A DNA stretch of 64,000 nt from the NCBI GenBank assembly GCA_000091205.1, contig AP006484.2; one strand, written 5' to 3'. The notes under the pieces are model-generated. The model saw only the letters and a list, made by a program, of their open reading frames with translations. It was not told the origin of the DNA and did no database searches. The translations under genes were made by a program, and so were the position numbers. Numbering within the stretch: position 1 is the first letter of the stretch; each line of letters opens with the position of its first letter. Shown here in pieces: positions 57,832 to 64,000 of this stretch. The stretch is from Cyanidioschyzon merolae (taxonomy: Eukaryota).

Positions 57832-60618
57832 ATGTTTCGTGCTCGCTCTCTGGTACGTGCCCTGGGAGTAGCTGTTTGTCTATTGTTGGCGGCGACGTTT
57901 TCCGTGTCGGTTGTGGCTGCGTTGTCGCCTGTGAGTACGGTTAGCTGGACCTGGATAGGTGGAGAGACGGGTATCGATAATCCTGGTAATTATGGAACGC
58001 TGAACCAGACTTCAGCAGATAGTGTTCCAGGAGGCCGTTACTATTCTGCAGCCTGGGTCGGAAGTCCAAGCTTGGTATACTTGTTTTGCGGGGTTGGGTA
58101 TGGAAACCCATTTCCGAGCTACTTTAATGATCTATGGACCTTCAACTTGACCTCACATGAATGGACGTGGATTGGAGGCTCCTTAGACATCAACAATGTA
58201 GGAGTATATGGCACAGTCGGCACAGGCAGCCCAAATAGTATACCCGGCGGCCGTTACGGAAGTGCGTATTGGCAGACGGACGAGCAGCATTTCTGGTTGT
58301 TTGGTGGCTACGGCTTTGATGTGAACGGTAATGTGGGAGACCTGAACGACATGTGGCGGTACGATACTGAAACGGGAATCTGGACGTGGTTCAGTGGGAA
58401 TGATACTATTAACGCCGATCCAGTCTATGGACCGAAGGATATCTACAGTCAAATTTACAACCCCGGAGGCCGAGATAGCGCGGCATTCTGGCTGGGCGCG
58501 GATGGTCTTTTTTGGTTGTTTGGTGGTGAGAGAAATAATGGGCTGGATTATTTGTCAGATCTCTGGTCATTCAACCCTGTTACATTCGAATGGGCATACA
58601 GAGGCGGATCACAACTTGCTAACCAGCCTGGTAACTATAGTGCACCTGGCGTGGCGAGCAACTCAAATGCTCCAGGTGCGCGCGGCTTCTCGCATACGTG
58701 GACAGATTTTGAAGGAAATCTCTGGTTGTTCGGTGGCTATGGCTACGGAAACAGCACAGCACTAGGGCAAGGGGACTTGAATGATCTCTGGGTCTACAAT
58801 ATAAGTCAATCCGTATGGATTTTTATCGCAGGGAATACAACCATCTATGTACCTGGATCATATGGAAGTCTCGGTGATTTCTCGCCAACCAGTTACCCTG
58901 GTGCAAGAGACTCAGGCGTGAGTTTCGTAGATTCATTTGGTAATCTGCAACTGTTTGGCGGTGAAATATTCAACACTACGAATGGCAACTACGTCCTTTT
59001 GAACGATCTGTGGGTGTTCAATATCAAAATTGGTCAATGGGCGTGGATCAACGGAAGTTCAGCGGTTGATTCTTTAGCAGTATATGGAGTTTTGAACGAG
59101 ACCGGCTCGAGTGTTGTACCAGGCGGACGTGAAGGACCAGCCTTATGGAACACCAGTGGAACAGATCCGGTCATGTTTGGCGGATTTGGATACTCAAACA
59201 CTAGCGGACCTGGCTATCTCAATGATGTTTTCGCACTGAGTGAAACGTTCTTTACGCCTACCTCTACGCCTACGCCAACATCAACGCCAACTCCGACATC
59301 GACCGCAACATCCTCGGTAACCGCTTCATCTACGGCTACATCTACGATAACAGCAACCGTGACCTCGACGTTCACACTGACGCCAACGCCTACATCTACT
59401 CCCGTGTGCACCAATGAGATCTGCGGTTCCCCGGGACAGTACACGAACCAGGACGCTTGCGAGCAAGTCGGATGCTGCTTCAATCCCGAGACGAACGCGT
59501 GCACCCTGAAGAGCGTCTCAGCGGCCTGCAGCGCTGTTCCAGTGACGCAGCGCGTCCCCTGCGGCTGGAGCTACATCTACCCCGACGAGTGCACTGCGAT
59601 TCCGGGATGCTGCTGGCAGCCCACAGCGAACGGCATCCTCGCGCCCTGGTGCTACTACGACATCGACCATGCACCGCAGGCTTCTGTAGCGCTGCAGGAG
59701 GTGCAGGCACCGGTGCCCGTCTGCCCATCACCGGGAGCGCATCGCCAGCCGTGCGGCAACGCGGGTATCAACCAGTTTACGTGCTATGCCCAGGGCTGCT
59801 GCTACGACTCGCAGGCGCAGAACCAGTGGGTGCAGAACGGCAAGCAGCAGAGCGACTTTGCGTCGAACCCGTACTGCTTCCAGCCCGAGAAGACGTGCGC
59901 TGTGGGCGAGTTTGAGCGCCAGCCGTGCACGAACGCGGTGAATCAGAACCAGCAGCTGAACAATAACATCAACAATAACCAGTTTGTGCGTCTGCTGAAC
60001 ACGCTTCTGTACGGGGAGCAGCACGGGACGCAGCGCACGAGCTACTCGCCGCAGCAGTGTCTGGAGGCTGGTTGCTGCCTGGGGCTCGGTAACGAGTGCT
60101 TCCAGCCGATGACCGAGTACGTGTGCCAGACCTACGGGTACGTCTCGAACTCGCTGAGCGGCACGACCGGCAACGCGTCGAACTCGAGCTATATTGCTTG
60201 CGGCCCTGAGTGCTGCAACGCCGAGACGCAGAACTGTACGTACAACCCCTTCAGCAACAACAACAACCAGCAGCAGCAGCAGCAATTGCAACAACAGCAG
60301 CAACAACAGGTGCTGCTGCCGTCGTTCTGTGTGTGCAAGGACCCTACGAAGCAGTGCGGGACGTACCTGATCCCTTCGGATAACCTTGTGAACAAGGTGC
60401 GTTGCTGCCGCGCTGACGAGGAGTGCATCAACAACCAGTGTGTGGTGATTAGTCCAACACCGACTCCGAGTCCCGTGGCTGTGACAGCGACACCCTCTGC
60501 GACGGTGTCTGCGGCGGTGTCTGCGACGGTGTCTACGACAGCTTCTGCGGCAGTGTCTGCGACGATGTCTGCGAGAGCGTCAGCATCGGTTTCGGGTTCA
60601 GCTTCAGTGTCTGCTTGA
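57832..60618 (+). CDS. Secreted multidomain protein: signal peptide, Kelch/galactose-oxidase-type beta-propeller, Thr/Pro-rich mucin-like linker, four trefoil(P-domain)-like six-cysteine modules, poly-Q/N tract, and an Ala/Ser/Val-rich tail
   Basis: The N-terminus is MFRARSLVRALGVAVCLLLAATFSVSVVAA. Kelch blades carry reiterated W-x-W-I/F-GG and GG-x(n)-NDLW-x-(Y/F) motifs (WTWIGGE, WLFGGYG, NDMWRYD, WLFGGE, NDLWVYN, ...). The linker is TPTSTPTPTSTPTPTSTATSS.... One cysteine module, C-x8-R-x2-CG-x8-C-x4-GCCW-x10-WCY (CSAVPVTQRVPCGWSYIYPDECTAIPGCCWQPTANGILAPWCYY), fits the trefoil consensus. Three further similar modules follow. Confidence 0.65.
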   Translation: MFRARSLVRALGVAVCLLLAATFSVSVVAALSPVSTVSWTWIGGETGIDNPGNYGTLNQTSADSVPGGRYYSAAWVGSPSLVYLFCGVGYGNPFPSYFNDLWTFNLTSHEWTWIGGSLDINNVGVYGTVGTGSPNSIPGGRYGSAYWQTDEQHFWLFGGYGFDVNGNVGDLNDMWRYDTETGIWTWFSGNDTINADPVYGPKDIYSQIYNPGGRDSAAFWLGADGLFWLFGGERNNGLDYLSDLWSFNPVTFEWAYRGGSQLANQPGNYSAPGVASNSNAPGARGFSHTWTDFEGNLWLFGGYGYGNSTALGQGDLNDLWVYNISQSVWIFIAGNTTIYVPGSYGSLGDFSPTSYPGARDSGVSFVDSFGNLQLFGGEIFNTTNGNYVLLNDLWVFNIKIGQWAWINGSSAVDSLAVYGVLNETGSSVVPGGREGPALWNTSGTDPVMFGGFGYSNTSGPGYLNDVFALSETFFTPTSTPTPTSTPTPTSTATSSVTASSTATSTITATVTSTFTLTPTPTSTPVCTNEICGSPGQYTNQDACEQVGCCFNPETNACTLKSVSAACSAVPVTQRVPCGWSYIYPDECTAIPGCCWQPTANGILAPWCYYDIDHAPQASVALQEVQAPVPVCPSPGAHRQPCGNAGINQFTCYAQGCCYDSQAQNQWVQNGKQQSDFASNPYCFQPEKTCAVGEFERQPCTNAVNQNQQLNNNINNNQFVRLLNTLLYGEQHGTQRTSYSPQQCLEAGCCLGLGNECFQPMTEYVCQTYGYVSNSLSGTTGNASNSSYIACGPECCNAETQNCTYNPFSNNNNQQQQQQLQQQQQQQVLLPSFCVCKDPTKQCGTYLIPSDNLVNKVRCCRADEECINNQCVVISPTPTPSPVAVTATPSATVSAAVSATVSTTASAAVSATMSARASASVSGSASVSA

Positions 60619-60700
60619 GTATGCTCGTTGACGATCACGTCAATTAAGGTCTATATTACGTCTATGCTGATCCTCTGTAAGGACAATGTTCCAGACATGT

Positions 60701-60745
60701 ACACAAGATCGGTGAATACGAATGAATGAACGAACGAACGAATGA
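60701..60745. repeat. Compound tetranucleotide microsatellite (GAAT/GAAC)n
   Basis: gaatgaatgaacgaacgaacgaatgaatgaatg is visible in the sequence. Confidence 0.85.
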
Positions 60746-63700
60746 ATGAATGCGGCTACAGATGTGCGCGAAGAGCGCTCTGAAATCCTGCCCACGAGCC
60801 GTGATTCAGAGGCTATACACACGGAACGACGGGGCAGGAATTCTCTCTCGGAACGTAAAGGAATGATTACCTATGGGCACGAGCGCGCCTATGAATATCG
60901 CTTTTACGGCCACGTCGCTGAGTTGCAAACCTTTGCCTTCGTTGCCCTGGAAACCCGGTGCACAGGTTGCGACTAGCGAGTTTTGCTGCGACGACGCAAA
61001 CGGATGTAAGCATTGTAGGATCGATGTACTAGCTTGCAATCTGTCCACGACTAGAAGTTCCAGAGCAAGTGCGGTTCGATCCGTGCAACTGAACATTTCA
61101 CCAGCATACGGTATCCCTAGGGTAAGCGTATATATCAGTGAATCCATTTCATCTGCTGCAGCGTCGCTGGGTAAGAATGTTTCGGAGGTACTAGCCTCAC
61201 AGCGCTCGTAAAGCTCTAGAATTGAAAGTGCATGTTGCCTGCTCCAAATGCGGACGGGTCGTCTCAGAAGTTCTCAGACTCTTGCCTGCTGTCTGTTATA
61301 CAAAAAGTGTCCAAAATCGACTGTAGCGCACTGTTGGGATCAAGTCCCCGATTTGGGCTTGTTCTCGAGAAAATGACTCCAAGCAGAGGGCGCAAGTACG
61401 CTATAAGACCATGGACATGTCGCAAGCGTGCTAAATCGTAGAGGCAAGATAGAGCGCACAGCGAGATCCAGGGGGCGAATATAGCCAAAGTGAGAGTTAC
61501 CACAGCACGGCGACTAGAATTGAAGGCAACCTGAGAGCTCTCTTTCTGTAACCGTACCTATCGATTATGTGCAAGGTCGTTGCGAGATGCCCTAAGATTG
61601 AATCTACTGCTGATGAATGGAGGCTTGTCCTCCGGCTAAGGAAGAGACCAAGATACACAATATGATGTATCGACTAAAAAAGGTCTCAAGCTTCACGATT
61701 GACATAGACGCGGCTTCTTTTGTGCCATGAAGGCTATCGCAGCAATATTTTAGCAGGGCGGCCACCAACTAATAGTGTAAACGATTGAGGTGCTTTTCGC
61801 GGAAACCATCTTAATAAGCGACGCCAACCTGGATGCTGACCTGAACTAGCGAGACCCTGCAGTGCCGACCAGGATCGCTTTGAGTGTAGACGGAAGGCAA
61901 GAATAGCCGGCGCAATCGGGGCTCTTGGTTGTTGACGGTGTCTTCGTTGGTTGGCTTGGGTCGTATATGTCGAAAGAGACGGCGTGCGTTGTGCTCTGGC
62001 ACGCTTGCGAGCACCGGTGCGACGGATCTAAGATGCAACCCTAGGCAGAAAGGGTACCAGAAGTGTAATGATGATAGCCGAATGATAGTACCAGCTGTGG
62101 ACGGGCGGAGCAGCAAATTTACGCTTCATTCGTGGCGGCCATGAAGTAGGTGCTTGCAGATGTGGCGAATGGATCGCTAACGCAGTAGCTTGTCATAGTC
62201 AATAGACTTGGCATATTGAAAGTGGTCGAAAGAGCTTGTCTGTCTGCATAATGATGGTTGGAATCGTGATTTTGGATCGATAGGGGTACGCCACTAGAAA
62301 ATGAATGACCAGGCATCTTGTGCAGCGATAGCAGCCTGCCATCGAGCACAAACACAAAAACTTGGATAACAGCTTGCAGTCTGGCGATGTAAAGGAGGTT
62401 CTGGTGATGATCCAGTTCGACAGCAGATATCGAGGTATCCCAGGAAGAGGATACCGGAATCGGAGCGAGGATTCCGGATTCTCGAGAAGCGGCGGCCAGG
62501 GAGGCAGATCCAACGATGGTGATGAAGGCTTTCATGACAAGCGAATGAAAGTATACGCCTGTACTGAATGTTCATTTGTGAATTTGGGCGCCCATATTTG
62601 CTGCCACGCATTTTCCTAAGCGGTATGGTAGTGTGCGTTATCCTGCCCATGGAAAGGGTGACACAGTATGTTAACGAGTATATCCAGTCTCAAATAGAGT
62701 AGGAGCCCACGAAGCATTCGATATCTATTCCAGAGATTGGCATCTGAAGCCCGAAAGGCAAAAGATACCTGGTGGTACAGTTTGTCCCCCTTGCAGATTC
62801 CAGAGGCCTACGATGGAGATTATGTGGAAAGCGGAACACAAGCAATATGGATCATCGGTGAGTCGATGGCAGTCGATGCAATACCTGCACTAGTGCGACA
62901 TACGTAAAAGTTCCAATAGCAGCCAATGGACAACAAAGTAGTACACGCGAGTGCAGTATCGTTCCGCAGAGCACTGCAATCGTACACTGTTGCGCAGAAA
63001 CATTAAAGAGAGCGCAATGCGTTGGAGTCCATGATGAATATGAGAAGACGTTCTATACTGAATATACGCCGCGGAACGTACGACATGCTTGATATGATCC
63101 GCAACAGAAAAATGCATATGTTTAGTGCTGCAAAAAAATTTTGGTCGCAAAAACGAGCAAAGACAAAAGTGTACTGAAGCACCGAACAAAGAGATCGCCA
63201 GCTCCAGATAACGCATTGTCATAGGAAAAAAAGTCATCAAAACCGTAAAGCATGGGAGTGCTCGGAGGAGCCTGGGCTCCCCAGGCGGGCCCCAAAGCGT
63301 GCTTGGTGCAAGCCAACAGATAAACCAAAACGTACAAGCCAAATGCTGTCTTTGGCATCGCAGCCCCGGAATTAAAACAGGGCTCACACCAGGCAATGAC
63401 ATTAAAAGAAAAGAAAAATGACACAGACCGAAACCAATCGCTCCACAGCACCCTAATCGAAGAAAATTAGTGACGAGCCGTAGCCCATGGGTAAGGATAC
63501 GTAGAGCCTCGATGAAAATCAGCACAAGGACATATCACCGAACGGGAGTACAAGAAAGGCTAGATAACCAATCGTAAACAAAAACGCCCAAGAAAAGAGA
63601 ACAAGAGATACGAAAGGCGTAAGAAAACAGAATCAAGCGTGGTTATCGTGAGGCAACTGAGACATGTTGGAGTTGCACAAAATAAATACTTTGTGGGTAG

Positions 63701-64000
63701 TAACGGCAAAGGCGCAAGTAAGCTAGAGCTTTGTTTGCGGGCTCGCTACGAAATTTAGGGTCGCGTACAAACAAAGGTAAGCGTTGATTCCAAGTGACCA
63801 CTGTTGCCTATCGAATACAGCTCCAAAGTAACTGGATTGCAAGAATGCGCTAACAACTAACAAAAAATAAACCCAGAAAAGAAAAACATCGAGAAAGCAA
63901 CGCCAACGAGACTGCGGGACATTAAATTAATCAACGACAAGAATCAGCATCGCGACTTGTAGGGGTTGAAGGATATGGGGGGAATGTGGGGAATGGGGGG

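Noticed and set aside
63960-64000. G-rich terminal sequence (atggggggaatgtggggaatgggggg) as a possible telomere or subtelomere
   Set aside because: It is irregular, with no consistent repeat unit, and only about 40 bp are visible at the window edge.

Overview
This 64-kb window looks like nuclear DNA from a GC-rich, intron-poor eukaryote. The evidence is long uninterrupted ORFs for conserved nuclear proteins, with poly-Q, poly-A and poly-N low-complexity insertions. Genes sit on both strands with roughly 0.4-2 kb spacers. A light-dependent protochlorophyllide reductase homologue and a molybdenum-cofactor gene with the plant-type domain order suggest an algal or plastid-bearing lineage. I cannot name the organism.

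Genes recognised by motif-level similarity:
- partial MoeA/Cnx1 E-domain gene running off the window start
- transcription elongation factor SPT6 (2113 aa)
- nucleolar GTPase NOG1
- small Tim (Tim8/13 family)
- APS kinase
- ABHD-type alpha/beta hydrolase
- CDGSH iron-sulfur protein
- SAC1 phosphoinositide phosphatase
- adenosylhomocysteinase
- an amylosucrase-like GH13 enzyme
- a SHAQKYF-class MYB
- an LPOR-like short-chain dehydrogenase
- a secreted Kelch-propeller/trefoil-like cysteine-rich protein

The most unusual content is a eukaryotic TnpB/Fanzor-like RuvC nuclease locus on the minus strand at 49.9-52.3 kb. Its RuvC-I, TS-x-x-C and D-x-NAA-x-NI motifs are intact. The reading frame is broken by three in-frame TAG codons and one frameshift, and it contains an internal acidic tandem-repeat block. 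It is bracketed by about 60-bp direct repeats roughly 3.6 kb apart. A second, heavily deleted copy of this element lies at about 25.0-25.7 kb.

That remnant abuts one copy of a roughly 600-bp dispersed repeat. The other copy of that repeat sits at the end of a 92-bp satellite array of about 18 units (13.95-15.6 kb, just upstream of NOG1). The satellite monomer is homologous to the 5' end of the 600-bp repeat, and part of the array shows a 641-bp higher-order period.

Other repeats: a 94-bp tandem array of 5 units upstream of the SAHH gene, and a third dispersed repeat at about 10.3 and 41.3 kb.

I found no rRNA, tRNA or CRISPR features. The many 60-230 aa ORFs in the six-frame track that overlap the large genes on other frames are treated as artefacts of GC-rich sequence.
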